A stretch of 63,530 nt of DNA, the filler included. It is 4 parts of 4 records of this genome, joined end to end, with 100 filler letters (N's around TTAATTAATTAA, not from the genome) between each part and the next. Parts side by side here need not be neighbours in the genome. Positions count along the whole stretch, not along the records: positions 1 to 24,012 come from SRR20825019_2009; 3 more parts are not named here. One strand, written 5' to 3'. Below the pieces are notes generated by a model. That model saw nothing but the letters and a program-made list of their open reading frames with translations. It made no database searches and was not told where the DNA came from. Below, in pieces: positions 1 through 13,989 of the stretch. The first letter of the stretch is position 1. Each line of letters begins with the position of its first letter. Both the position numbers and the translations under genes were made by a program.

Positions 1-612
1 GTGCATCGTTCAACATCTTCGCAGTGCATCGTACCACCAGAGCAGCAGTCAACCCGAACTTCTTTTTTACCGAGAGAACGAGTTGCCTTGTGTCAACGAT
101 TCTTTGATATCTTTTGCAAACCTCTCATCATTTTCTTCTTTCCATTTATCGATCATAGTCTTTAATATCAAGTGATCATTTGAGTTGTGTTGCTGAATTT
201 CGATTGCTTCGTAGAGTAGCGCTTTGCATGTTGTAGTAGCGATTTTGTGGATATGCTCAGTAGTGAGTTATTGTCAATGCTCTTACTTCACTTCAAATCA
301 AAAGTTCAAAAAGAACGGCGTTTTTCAACGCCCCCAAATTTTTGGATCTTCTGCGCACAGTTGGTGTTGTTGATTCGTATTGTTAGTATTGTGTTACGTA
401 TTGTTTATATTGTGTTGGTGTTGTTCGAGTCCGCCACGTGTAAGCGGGCTGGGGGGTCAGTCATCAGAATAAAGACTATGTCTAGCTCTCTTGCGGTTGT
501 TCCTCATCGGCCTCGGGAACCGGAGTCTCTGCCGCCGAAGGGGCCGCCAACGTTCTGATGTGCATGCACACGCGGGGTCCGAGCACGCTCTCAGCAGTCC
601 TACAAGCCGGTA

Positions 613-2182
613 TTAGGATTTTCCCGTAATACACAATACAGCATTCAAACTCTTTCTACAATCATCTTGCTATCATTTCTCAGCACGAACACACATTCCC
701 AGGCGTGGCCCAAATATACGTAGCCACCAGCAACACACATAATATGCTGAGCGCATGTCTGTCTACTTACGCGAAAGCGACTTCGGGATCATGGCTCGAG
801 AGAGCCACCGACTTACAAACTGCCCATGCGATACCGTACAGTACCATCACATCAGCCTGCCATGCGAGCCATTAGACGGCACCTTGTGACGGACCCAGCC
901 TTAGCGCCTACCTGTTCGCCAAAGAGCTGCTCCAAGTCGTAACCCTCTTCGGCGAAATAATCGATCACTCGTTCGGGGAAGTCCTCTCCAAGGGTATCCA
1001 TACTGCACTCCCATTAGTCACGACACCCAGCACCTCATCCCACGACATATGCCACGTACCCGACAGTGCTCTTGAGGACCTTCACAAGCACTGCAGCATT
1101 GTGGCCGGCGTGTTCACGGGCTTTGGCGATCTGCGAAAGCAACCACTGTGAGGCGCCGCGCACACAAATGGCGGATTCCGCCCACCTCGTTATTGAACAG
1201 AGCCAGATTCTCCTCGGACGGACTGCTCGGTTCGCCTTCGCCCACGTGCCACTTGGCCATGAACGGTTCGAATATGCCCGCGGACGCTCTACAAGACGGG
1301 CCGAGTTAGACCTCATGCGGCAGGTACCACGAGATGTACACACCCTTCCAATGGGGGCGTGTCTTCACCCTTGAATATGGCGTCGTAATATGCACTTAGA
1401 ACACTCATATCCATGCCGCTCTGGGCAACCTCATGCGCACGATCATCCATCTCCTGTTGTGACATGGACGGCTGGCGGCCACGCGATGGCACTTCCCCAG
1501 GTTGGCCCGCAGCGTCACCCGCGGTAGGGGGCCTCGATCCATCTGTTGAGGGTTGGATGTTCATCCCTCCCATTTTCTTCATGACCTCCGCCGCCACCTT
1601 GTCTTGCAGATCCGTCATCTTCGCCTCCATAGAATCAGAGATGCGCTGGATGAGCTCGGGGGATAGGCTATGGCAGCAACATGAGATCACTGATGCACCA
1701 AGGCCATGTGCCCAAACATGTATGGACACAGCCAAGAAAGGGTCACGGTAAATTTGCTTAAATGTTATGAAACAAGAACAGAAGGAGGCGGGTGAATGGG
1801 AATGGAACCACATGGAAAAAGGAAAAACGACCCAAAAAAGGGTTGTGGTGATGGGTTAAAAACGAGAGCATGGCACGTCGGCCAATGTCCTCTAAAGAAC
1901 AGCCGGCGAGTCCGCACACCACCACAAAGCCAAGACATCTAGCGCATGATGACACGAGACTCACATGCTGGTCTCCAGTGCAGCGTTGTAGTTCTCAAGC
2001 TTGGCGTAGGTCTTCTGGTCCGGCTCAATCTCCCTCACAAGGTGGGGGTTCTCCCTAACAAATTTGAGCGTTTGGAAAAACGTCAGGTTGTACTCGTCCA
2101 TCAGCGGCTGGTACTTTTGTTTGACTTCCAAGGCCTTTTCATAGAGCGACTGGACAATCTGGACAGCAGTTAGATCCATCAT
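613..2182 (-). CDS. Multi-exon hypothetical protein (helical, unknown family)
   Basis: ORF pieces MMDLTAVQIVQSLYEK... and LSPELIQRISDSMEAK... join in frame through GT-AG introns (e.g. 1964-1668, then several ~55 nt introns). The frame ends ...AKSLNAVLCITGKS* at 613. Confidence 0.55.
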
Positions 2183-2449
2183 TATAAGGACAGAACCATG
2201 CCTCGTACATCTGATGTGCGGCGGGGCCTCCCCTGGGAGTCGGTGATGTCTATGCCAAGAGCGGCCGCGTGGCGATGGTTCGGGCGAGGAGTGAGACTGG
2301 CCATGAGTTACAGCCCTGCCTATTGTGGCTATCGTTATACAGCTGCGAATGATTTTATGGGTTGGCATTCGTGTCTCACCGACAGTTCCATGGAAACTGA
2401 CACGCCCGCCCCAGTCCAGCCAAGAATGGCTCGGAATTCCGGCTGATGA

Positions 2450-3560
2450 CCACAACGGCACGGCCCTCCCAAGTCAGGCGTGTGAAACCTGGGAGTGATG
2501 GGCGCGGGTGATGAGCCACTGCGCGGAATAGCTGGTGATGGCCCCCTCTAGCCGCCACCCGGTGCGAGTCCGGCGAGGCGTCGCGAGCACGCCGCGGCCG
2601 GGCTCCGGCAGCCGGCTCCGAGGGTGAATGAAGTCGGCGGCCGGCCGTGCCCACGACCAAGCCGTATGCAGGCGTAGGTCGCGGCCTGAAGTGGGGCCGC
2701 CCCCGCCGGCCAGGCCACACCCGTCTGCCGGAGGCCCGGCTCGGGACTGTTAGCTCACCAGGGGGCCGCCCCGCCTGGGCGCTCGCGGAACCACTCCCAG
2801 TCGGAGGCCCACCCGCCGCCGGTGGAGCAGGCGGTGGGGAGGCGCGGGCGCCCCGCCCCAGCCCAGGCAGGCGGGGGGCCAGGGCCGGACCAGTGCTGGA
2901 GCCGGACTGGCCACCCCTCGTCCTGACTGGCTCGTCAAGCCGCGCCGGGGCCAGGGCCTCAGGCCGGGCCTGTCCGGGTGTCACCGTCCGCGGGCCCCCA
3001 GACGCGGCCCGCGGGCCGCGGCGGCCGGGCCGTGATCATCATGTGGAACGATAACTGCTAGATATCTCCATCAATGACCTGATCCGCATGGCAGATTAAT
3101 CTCCAGATTGCGCGCATGTCACAACATGATGATCGTGGTGAGGCGGTTCAGTACCCGGCCACCGCCCAGCCTGGAGGGTGCCGTGCGACGCCGCGTCAGT
3201 CACGGCGGCGGGCCACTGCCACAGCTGCGTGAGGAGCGGCATGACCCGTGCAGGCGCGGCTGGCCCCCTGACCGGCGGAGCCGGGCTCGGCGGCGCCGCC
3301 GGCGGCGGCGCCGCGCCCGGCCGGCCTGGCCCTCGCCATCACGGCTTCACGGGACCGTCCGCGGGCATGCCCGGTTTGTTACTGGGCGGACGGCAGCCGG
3401 GGCGCCGGGGGCACCGTTAGGAACGCCATTGGATCACTCGCCTTGACCTAGTCGGGGCCCGGACGTGCAAGTCGGCCCGCCGCCATCGACCGTGGGGCCG
3501 GCCGGGTGAGGGAGCGGGGGCATGGTGGGGCTGGCGTGGAGTGGGGCGTCCACTGCGCGA
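2450..3560. promoter_or_regulatory. GC/CpG-rich intergenic island between divergent genes
   Basis: Very GC-rich. Only low-complexity R/P/G/A ORFs. Flanked by starts at 2182 (-) and 3608 (+). Confidence 0.55.
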
Positions 3561-3607
3561 GGTAGATTCTGGTGGTGCTCCACCCACCCCCGTTTGAGTT
3601 CAAATAC

Positions 3608-6600
3608 ATGCCGCCAAGCACACAAGCTCCTTCACCGCCGACCGGGTGCCTGATAGCGTCACAACCGCGGATGTCGCCCAAGGGCAATGGCGGTGGGGCC
3701 CCCGCGGTCAAGAGCCTTGATCTCCCCAAAATGAAGCTCGGCGAACCAAGGGTGCCCGTCAAGGACAGTGTGGATAGCGGGAGGTCCAGTGGCACCCCCG
3801 GTAAACCTACGATGGCGAGGAGGAAGTCCAGTGGGTTTGTTAGTATTACCGTGCTGGGAAAGGGCCGCAACTCAGGTAGGCCAAGTAATGACGCGCGCTG
3901 TGGTGGTCAGTCTGGGCAGGTTGGGGATTGAAGGGAGAATGACTGATGATGTGACCTGGCACTATGTCCAAACTCACTCACGTGGCTCCCTTCCCAGGTC
4001 TCGGCGATCGCACTCTTGAGGGATCCACGGAAACTGGTCAGAGAGGCCGGGGGCGAGCCAACACCAGTCCACTGGGACCCGCTCCTTCCTTCCCCAAGCG
4101 CCCGGCCTCCAGTGGAGACTCCAGCGCCAACTCATCACGGAGTCAGTCGAAGTCAAACTCTCCAAGAATATCACGGATGACTGCTGGACTGATGCAGAGG
4201 TTGCCTGCTGAAAGCGTGTCACCACGCTCGGACAGCGGCCTGAACTCCCCTAAGTCGCCTAAGGGTGTTTCTCCAATTGTTCTGAGCGCTATGAATTTCA
4301 GCCCGCGGCGCGACAGGGTGGATGACGACAGGGATGGCGAGGCGGAGGGCAGTGACGCCCTCAAGGCAGTGATGGTGAGTGCTGCGTGAATCGCGCATTC
4401 TATGTGATGGGTGATGCGTTGGTGTCATGTTGATGCATCCGGAACACCACAAGGGACTTTCCTTGCCAAATTTGTTTCTTAAATGTGCCATGGGCTGAGG
4501 CAAAGGAGCTGACCATGAGGCGGTGCAGGCAAGGCGGGCGTCTGTCCAGGAGGAGGAACGTATGACCATGATGCTCAAGGACTTGATCAAGGGAACCCAG
4601 GCCATGTCCCGAGGCGACAACGCCATTCCGTCTTTGAAAAAGTACGCCCCGTGCCATATCCCGCCACCCTTCCCCCGCCTTTATCGCACAGGCTTGCTTG
4701 CAGAACCGTGACTGACCTTCGTTTTCAGAAACAAGTACTTACGAAAGGAGTCGTCATCGACGCTGAAAGAGCGGGTGCCGTTCTCGATCAGGGAAGCGCT
4801 AAGTGGCAAGCGGCACGCCCATAAGGATACGGTGGGGTTTACTATTTTTAGATGCTGAGGAGTGCATGGTACTGATTATCGTGTTGATTTCCAGGTGGAC
4901 CCGGAAAAGATCGGGACTGGCCTAACCCACACGGACACTGTTGCCCGGCACCGCTCGCCGCTGAAGGCTGCGCGTATCATGGCTGAAAACATCAACCACA
5001 AAGCCAAGACCAAGGCCCTTTTCAGCTCCAATCCGTCGGGCGAACCGCTGAAAAACGAGGCGTTTCTCCAGGACATTTTCGTCAAGAAACCCATGCGGCA
5101 TGACGTCACGTCCGTTGCACCTTCGGACATGTCGCACCCGCGCAAGCGAAGGGCCAGCATCAGTTATGCGGGAACCAATGAAGAGTGGGAGGATGCTGAC
5201 AAATTCGAGCACGAATGGTAACGAACCCTCGCTCATCCGTTTTCAAAGCGCACGATTCAGAGGCTGATCTCGCGGCTGCTAGGTTCCCGTACACCATCTT
5301 TACAACGACGCTTGAGTCCAACGTCGTGGACAGGGAGATGCTCCGTGCTTCGATCACACGAGATGAATTGGTGCGTGCGAAGAATGTGGCATTGCGACTG
5401 TGCGGCGATGCGACTGTGCGGCGATTGACAATGGCAACGCAGGTCACCGAGTCATTCGAAAAGTTAATGTACAAGGATCACAACAGCGCTCATCAGAATG
5501 TCTCCACGGGGAACATGCTCCATGGTTCGAAGGGAGAATCGTAAGTTATCGCAGCGCACCTCTGAGCCACTAGAGCTGATCTTCTTCTGCCGTTTTCAGG
5601 ATGAACGAACCGTTCCTAAGGCGCGGTGTTCCCATCCCCCACTCGGAGACGTACCACTCCACACTCACACCATCCTTGGCTGGCCGCGGGAGCATTCCCA
5701 AGGACAAGGCACAGCCGTCCGCCCCTCCAAACCAAACAAGCGCCGTGGAGGAGACGCTTGATTATCGCAAATTCCAGGCTCAAGGAGACAAGACTGTGCA
5801 TGAGATCAGTCTGCCGGGAAATAATCTTAAGGACCATGGTGTTCGCTTGCTTGTGAGGTGGGTGTCATTCTATATTTTCTGATATGTTCGGATGGTTTCA
5901 TGACTGTCGTGCGTAGGGAGATCAAGAAAAAAACCAGGTTGCACACGGCCACCAAGTTGGACCTCAGTCTCAACAGCATCCACGACGAGGGAGCGATGGA
6001 AATCGCACAAGGGCTACGCGACCTGAACTTGCTGAAGGTCCTCAACGTATCCAAGTGAGTCGCGCGCGGACGCTTGTGGGGCATTGGTTCTCACGGCTTT
6101 GCAGTAACTGCATTGGGCCCCGCGGGACTCTCAGCATAGCGCGATCATGCCACAAGGTGGCATCGCTCGGACACGTTGATTTCTCATCGAATTTTATAGG
6201 GCCGGATGGTGCGGAGGCGTTGAGTGTGATGATCTCCAACCCCAATATTACATGGATGGACATCAGCAACAATGAGGTCAGTATTGCCCGCGAGAACCCG
6301 TGGGACGAATCTGACAACGCCTTGCTTCAGATTGGGGACCGGGGTGCAATCCACTTTGGAGTGGCCTTGAAGAACAACAAGACGCTGCAGGTATTCCACA
6401 TGAGCACTTGCGACATCCGTCACGACGGTGCCCACGCCTTGGCCGAGGCTCTCAAGACCAACACATCACTGCGGGAGCTATACCTAACCGGAAATATGAT
6501 CAAGGTCTCTGGTGCGGCGTCGCTCGCGTCGATGCTTATGCAGAATAACACCATCAAGACTCTCATTATTCGGTGCGCTTGTGCAGACCCTTGTTACTAT

Positions 6601-7083
6601 AAATAGCACTGACCCATCCTTGCTCACAGATGGACCAACATTGAGAACCAAGGTGCAAGGTACATCTCCGCGGCGTTGGAGCACAACATTGGCCTTGAAA
6701 TTCTCGATATTTCCAACAACCAGCTGACCGCCGCGACCGTCGACGGCTTTTCCAACACACTGCGGTACCACAACCGCACTCTCAAGTTCCTTGATCTCTC
6801 CAAGACAACCTTCAAGAATGACTTGGAGACATGCCGAAAACTCCGCAATGCCATCTGGGCTGACACGGGACTGGTTACCCTCAAGCTTTCGGAGGGGGAC
6901 ATGGATCCTAAGCTTCATAAAGAATGCCTCAAGGTGCTGGCGGCGCGAGAGGAGTTGCGGGAGCAGAACGATGAGCATCTGAAAGCCACAACCAAGCCAC
7001 ATACGCAGGCCATGTGGAGACCGTCTTCGTTGAATGCTCGCGAAAGTGTGGAGCTGATGGCGCTGGTGGACAAAGTGAAGTGA
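3608..7083 (+). CDS. RNI-like (NLRC3-type) leucine-rich repeat protein with long disordered N-terminus, about 11 exons
   Basis: Repeats such as LDLSLNSIHDEGAMEIAQGL, LRELYLTGNMIKVSGAASLA and LEILDISNNQL. Ten GT-AG introns keep the frame: 3876-3997, 4375-4528, 4642-4728, 4831-4894, 5218-5282, 5541-5599, 5858-5916, 6055-6104, 6277-6330, 6573-6629. Confidence 0.8.
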
Positions 7084-7381
7084 TCTCCAGTGAAGGCAAC
7101 TCTGATGTCATGGATGACTGCGGCGAAAACACATCACAGGTGCATGTGTCGGTAGAGCGGTAAGGTCGCACAGCGCATCGAAGAATCCAATGGCCTTCCG
7201 TGGGCCGGGCCCCTGTAATGAATATTAAGCCTACCTATTGCAACACAGAGTGTGGTCTTAGTACACAATAATGGTTTATTTGTTAGTTTTGAGTTAGTCA
7301 GTGTGGAAGGCCTTCCGAGCCACCTGGCACAAACCGGAGAGGACTTCACCAGTCCGGATGGCGCTGCGGTGGAGCTTATCT

Positions 7382-10300
7382 CTACTTGGTCCCCTCCCGG
7401 ATCTTGGCAAGGCGATCCCTCAACGACGCCACGCTCTGAGCCTGCTGCTCCTTCACGACAGAAACGGACTCAATGACACGTTCCGCAGAGGAACCGCCCC
7501 CGCGAGCGGTGACATTGGTGACCGAGGGCACTGGGGCGCTGGGCATGATGTTGGGATTGTTCTCCTTCTGTGTCGGCGAGCCCTGGGTGGAGTACTTGGC
7601 AAGCCGCGAGCGAATCTGTTCCAACGACTTCGTGGCTTCCACGGCCGAGTCAGAGCGGGTGTGCTTGGTGGCTGTCGCCGTCACGTCATCATGGCCGCCC
7701 TTGGACTTGTCATAAGTCGAGCGGAACGCGCGGAGACGGTCAAGGTACTCATTGGCACTGTCGGACCGTGACTGCACGCCGGCGATGCTGGCAGACTCGG
7801 CTGTCTCGACGGGCGTGTTGTCGACTTCGGGGGCGGCGGAGGAGTCCTTGGTCGGGGTGGTCTTGATGCCGTAGCGGCTCTGCAGGGAGCGGAGGCGGCG
7901 CACGTGGCTCTCGACCTCGTCGTCAACACTGCCAGACGCACTATCCTGCGCCGACCGGCCGGCCTCCGAGTCCTTGATGGGTGTGGTCTTCTCGCCAGAG
8001 CGAATCTTCTCCAGGCCACGGAGAATGTATCCGCGGAACTGCTCGCTGGTATTGACGAGCTGTGAGTCAAGGTCAAAGCCGGGGTTGGCCTCGATGAAGG
8101 CCTGCAGGTCGGCCAGGCCCTCCTTGCTAGTCTCCACGGCACGGATCTTGTCGAAGATTTCACCAAGCTCCATCGTCGCATCAACAGACACCGCCGCACG
8201 CGCACTCTCACCCTTGGCCGGGGTGCGGGCCAGGGCACTACCGCTGGGGACAGAATTCCTGAGGGCGGGAAGCTCCTTGGCCGGGGTCCGCGCCAGAGAG
8301 GCGCCCCCGGGCACGGAGTTGCGCATGGCACTTGGCGCGGGGGAAGCGATCGATGAAGGGATGCTGGACCTTCCCGGGGTGCGAGCGCTCCCAGGCTGGC
8401 CATCGAGGGTAGGCGTCCGGGGCACGGCCGACTCAACGGTGATGGCCGAGGGAGACACGTCGCCCTGCTTCTTCAGCATCATATCGATGTACGACGCGAT
8501 GATGGGGTCCTGTTCCATAGGCACCAGCTGCAAGTGATCACGCACGCCGTCCCCAAGTAGCTTCACTAGCTCATTGAGGATGGTCTTGACAGAGCGGATA
8601 GCCAAGTCCTCAGTATTCTGCTTGGTGGGGGGGTTCGCCTGGAGGAATAGGTGGAGGTCACGAAGGAGCGTGTCGACGTGAATGGTGGAGAGGCTCTGTG
8701 ACAGGACCTTGGTGAGCTTGAGCAGGCACTTCACCAACAGCTCAGAGAACTTGGGGGTGAATGTTGCGCTGTTCTCCTGGCTCGATCCGAGGCGAAGTAG
8801 CAGCAGCAGCACGCTGAAGAGAGAGGTGCGGTCGGAGTTCTCCAGAATCTTAAGGGTAAGTACGTTCAGGCCCTTCAGCAGCTGCTGGCCCTCCTCGATC
8901 TCTTCCAGGCGCTCGTCCAGGAGGCGATGGAGAAGCTCCTGGATAACCTGCTGCAGGGTCTCTTGCGAGATGGTGCTGGCCACCGCGCGGCGCATAAACA
9001 CCTGCATCATCACGTTCAACGAGTACTTGCACAAACGAACGCTTGGGGGGTGGCACTGGAAGGCGGCGCGAAGCTGTCCGGTCAAGACGTCCAACATACG
9101 ATCCACGACCGGGATAAGCTCCATGTCACCGCCGCGCTCCATCTCATGGCACAGCACCTTAAGGGCATCCACCCTTGCATTGACCTCGCCCACCTGCACA
9201 GCCTCAAGGTGGCGATCGAACTTTGATTCGACGCGGTAGATATCGGGAGAAAGCGCCTTGGCAAACTCCGAATCCGAGCGTGCGGTCGAGGCCGTGGCAG
9301 GGCGGCTGGTGGTCTTTTCAACAGACTGTTCATCGTCCTCCAGGTCCAGTGTGAACGCACTCCTATTGATGCTCGGCACACCGGAGTCCTTCTCCTCGGC
9401 GGCCACGCTGGAGCGCTTGATCTTGTGAGCCTCGAACGGATCCTCCGCGGTGGAGGAGCGCGCGGTCTGTGCACCAGACTTCCCCGGTGAGTGGCTGATG
9501 GGGCCACGCTTGCTCGGCGACTTCTTCTCTGGGCTGCTGGCAGGCCTGCCGGAAGACGAGGCCCGGAGGTTCGGGAGAGCCTTAGGGGCGGGGGCAGATC
9601 CCTTGACGGTCTTGAAACGCGCCTCCAGGAAGCTCTTCTGCTGGTCAGTCAGGGTGCCACAGAACTTCCACACGCTATCACGGATGGCGGCGTACACTGT
9701 GGCCATTACATTCAGTGCGCAGGAACGAACAGCGTTATCCTTCTCGCTCGACATCGCCGCGATGATTGGAAGATCCTTCTTCTGGTTGCAGACCTCTACG
9801 CCGTAACGCTCAATCAAGCGTGCCATCTCGTCCAGACACTCGATGCGGGCGCGAGAGTTCTTGGACTTGACGCCATCGAAGAGCGCGGAGAAGAGCCGGG
9901 ATGAGGGGAAGATGTTGCAGATCGACTTGAACAGCTCGCGGATGGCCTTGCGCACCGGATCCTTGTTGTTGCCAACATTGGATATCAAGGCCGGGAGGAG
10001 AATGTGGGCATCATAATCATTCAGCTGACTCTGCTCCTGCTCCAGAACGCCAAAGAGCGATCCGAGCCACTCGAACGTTTTCATAAAGACAGTGGTGTTC
10101 CCCTCCGACAGGCGAAGGGCAGCAATCTTGAACAGCACATCCGAGTTGTCAAGCGCAAGGCTGCGGTCACCGTGGATGCAGTTGATCATCTCGGTAAGCG
10201 CGACAATCTGCTCCTTGAAATCCTTCGAGAACACCTTGGACGCGACGTCGTCACTCGCCACGCTGGCGACCTGTTCCTTGAGGCATTCCACCAGATCCTC

Positions 10301-13300
10301 CTTCATGCTCTCCTCAAACACCCATTTGCTCTTCTTCTCCTTCTTGAGGCGCTGGTCACGGTTGCTGGACCGGAGCGCGGACTCGGACGCGGCGGCAGCA
10401 GCAGCCTCCGATGCGGCCTTGCGAGACTCCTTCTTCTCAGCAGCGCTGGCGGCCGCAGCAGCCTGGCGCTCCTTAGCCTGCTGGCCGAGCTTAGTGCTCT
10501 TGGGTTCGCCCTTGGAATCAGGACGCTTGGAAGGTGCCGCCTCAGGTGCCGCAACCGCCGCACCTCCATCCCTGTATTTATCAATGATGGGGTTCACAAC
10601 GAGGAGAGACGCAGGCTTAAGCTTAGAGGTAGCAGCCTTGATTGTGGCGAAGCCCACACGTTTGCACAGCATGCCCAGGATCTGATCCGCATTGTTCCGT
10701 ACCTCCGCGGTACGATCCTCCAGAAGGGCCAAGCAGGGCTTTACAAGGCAGTCCACATCGGCGTTCTTGTCCTCGACAGCCGCGGGGATCTGCTTGATGG
10801 CCCAGGACAGGAGCTCCTTCTTACCAACCGGGCTGTCAACGGAGAGTCCGGTGGGTAGGCAAGGCACAACGCAGCGGATGCCAGTCTCGCTCACGATGGT
10901 GTCAAGTGCATTTACCGCGGTGGAGCGGACGTTGGTCTTGTTGTCGCTGAGGTTGGAGACGATTCCTGGAAGAAGGTTCCTCGCGTACTTTTCAATACCA
11001 GAACCGTAGGCAACAGCCAGCTTGCCAGTGAAGTTCATGGCGGCACACGCAAGATTCTTGTTGCTATCGCCGAGGCGCGCCTTGAGTGGCGTGATCAGAT
11101 CGGAGAGATTGCCACTCACGCGGTTGTTGGCCTCGACAAGAATGCGGTCCAGATTCTCAAGTGCTTCTTGGCGAACCTTCCACTTCTCATCACTGAGATC
11201 ACGAAGAAGCGCCGAGGTGATGCGGCCGCTGATGTCCTCGCGGGGAAGGCCTCCGTCATCACCACCACCGGCACCACCGGCACCGCCCCGGGCAGCAGGC
11301 GCGGACTCGGACGTCTCCTTCACGGAGCGCTTCTGGCTCGTGTCGATGTTGGCGTGGCCTCCCTTCTCAAGCTCCTGGTCGATCGTCTTCTGGAGTTGAT
11401 CCTTTACATCGTTGAAGTATCCGCGGATAGCCGGCCCTACGAACGCCCGCATGATGATCAGGAGATTGATGGCGTTCTTCTTGACAAGAGGGTTGGTGTT
11501 CTCAAAGCACGACTTCAAAAAATCGATCATCATCTTTGTGTTGACACCCTTGATGCCAAACTCAGAGATGCACTCGCCTACAAACAGCAGGCCCTCGGAC
11601 AGCACCTTGGGGTTCTTGTGGCCGCTAGCGGCTTCGCTGACGCGCTTCAGAATGAAATTTGGTCCCGAGTGCTCAGCAAAGGCCATCAAGCAGGCCGCGG
11701 CCTTCCCCTTGAGCTTGATATCGCTCAACTTTTCGGTGAGGAACTTGATTGGCTTGTCGAGCGTCCGCTTGGGAATGGAGGCCGCCAGTTCGGCCGTCTT
11801 GGTCATCGACTCACACATAGCACCGGCCACCTGGAAGTTGTTCTCCTTCTCTCCAGGGCACTTTGTAAGGAAGCGAATGTAGACCTCGGCGTTCTCATTG
11901 ATAGCCTGATCGTTGGTGATCTGGGTGCTGAGGTCTTCCATGCCCTCAATACGAATCTTCCACCCTGACTCGGCCAGCTTGCTACGGATAGACTCAGGGA
12001 CGACCTCCTCGAATCGGGCCTCCAGCTCGGCAGGGCTCAGGTCAGGCCCCAGATCCTCCTCGGCGGGCGGGCCCGCGCTCTTACCCGCGGGCTTTCCAGC
12101 TGCTGCAGCGGGCTTGGACTTCGCCGCCGGCGCCGGACGCGACGATGCAGCCGGCTTCTTGGGTGCGGGTGCGGTCTTGGGCTTGTCGGCAGCAGGCGCC
12201 GGGGCTTTCTTGGCGGGGACCGGGCGAGCCGGAGCATCATCGGTCAGTGAGGCGGGAGCTGACCTGGGCTTGCTGCTTGGCGCTGCGGCGGCGGCGGTGG
12301 AAGCAGGGCCTTGGAACGGCTGGAACTGCTCCTTCACCTTGGTCTGTTTGATAGGGTCGAGCCGCTCCACAAACGGGTTCACGGCACGTTCGCCGGCGAT
12401 TCCAGCAAGGGCACCAAACGACTTGGCAGCAGCATCACGGATCCCGGCGTCAGTATCGCCCATCGCCTTCACGAGCATGTCTCCAAAAACCTTGATCTGC
12501 TTAGGGACGGCGGGACGGCCCTCCAGGGTCTTACCAAACCAAGTCAGCGTCTGAAGGCGCACGCCCGGGATCTTGTGACTGGCTGCGGCAGCGATATCAT
12601 CCGCCACTTCGGAGAGAGACATTGTCTTGAAGACAGAACCCAGCGCGTCGTGGATGCTCTCAACAACATGTGGCTTCTTCTCCTTGAACTTGTCGAGAAG
12701 AGCACAGAAGAAGGTCTTGCTGTAGGGGCTGAAGTCCTTGCGAAGGCCAGCGGCAAGGTTGGCGGTGATCTTGATGGCGATATTGCACACGGCGATGTTG
12801 CTGTGATCAATAAGCTTCTTCACGGTCTTCATGAGCTCGCCATAGTCACCGGGCGCAAGCTTGGGGTTGGCCGAGAGGTTGGTGAGAGTGTCCAGGGCCT
12901 GCTTCTGCTCAGGGAATTTCTTTGACGCCAAGAGTTCCCAGAACTCCCCATTCAACTTGGAAAGGATCTCCACCGGCTCGACCAAGTCAAGCGGGTCAAA
13001 AGCATCCTCGGCACTCGCAGGAGCGGCGCCACCGGCCGCTGGCGCAGGGCCACCGTCAGCGGGAGCCGCCGCCGCAGCGGGAGGCCCCTGCGACCTCAAA
13101 TAACGCTCAGGCTGCGCGCCGCCGGCCTGGACCTTGGCAAACTCAGCCTCCAACTCGGTCACTTGTGACGGGCGCAGGTCAGATACGTTAAGGCTGGCCC
13201 CCACATACTTATAGATCTCCACAACAAGGTTGCTCGCGGCGTTCCGCACGTCCTTGTTGCTGTGGTCGAACATCCCAATAGTGGACTTCCATATCTCCTT

Positions 13301-13836
13301 GACTTTGATAACCTTTGGCCCGAAGAGCCTCATGGCCTCGCCAAGAACAGTGACGGACCCGATGACGACCTTGGGGTTCTTCTGAGAGAACCCCTTCAAG
13401 AGTGCATCCTGCACGGGCTGAATGGCCTCGATTTCCAACATCATAAGGAGACAGTCCTGAGCGGCCTGTTTCGCAGCAGGCTTCATTGCAGACAAGCCCT
13501 TCTCAACCAACGAGTATGCAAAGTCCCCGGCATAGCGTGGGGCCGAGTCGCCGAGCTCCAAGAACTGGAGCACGGCTTGGAGACCCTTCTCCTGGGCGGC
13601 AGCGTTACTGTCAGTGACAATCTTCTTCATCAGAGGACCTAGGCGATGACGTCAGACACACCACCAAAGCAACCGAGAAAAGGCCATGCCATACCATATT
13701 CATTGAAGATTGGGTCGGACGCCTCGGACTTGCGCAGATCACTGGCAAGCTGCTCATAACCTCCACTGCGTATCTTCCAGTTCTTGTGGGTCACGCGAGC
13801 AGACAATTCCTTGGGCACCTCATCTTCGTCACCCAT
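7382..13836 (-). CDS. CKAP5: XMAP215/ch-TOG/Dis1/MOR1 family microtubule polymerase (multiple TOG domains)
   Basis: TOG-start motifs HKNWKIR, SGWKIR and DEKWKVR, plus HEAT repeats. Exon 1 (13836-13695) joins the 2082-aa ORF through a 56-nt GT-AG intron (13694-13639). Confidence 0.93.
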
Positions 13837-13989
13837 CGTGGCGGTGAGCAACGCGTTTCTTGCACTCTCCTGTTGCTAAATTAATGCGGTCCTGACAGCA
13901 GCTTAGCCGACAGAACAATAGAGAATAGCTGAGAGTCAAGAGCAATAATAAAGCATATTATAAGGGCGTTGAGTCATATTTGTGGAAGC

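Noticed and set aside
2376-3446. Many R/P/G/A-rich ORFs in the GC islands (also near 14.1-14.9, 17.3-18.4, 22.1-22.6, 41.7-42.4, 44.8-45.2, 47.2-48.1 and 50.6-51.0 kb)
   Set aside because: Stop codons are scarce in GC-rich DNA. The ORFs overlap in all frames and show no protein-like motifs.
7473-13642. Long plus-strand ORFs opposite XMAP215 (and opposite RPN2 and FTHFS)
   Set aside because: They are antisense shadows produced by codon bias.
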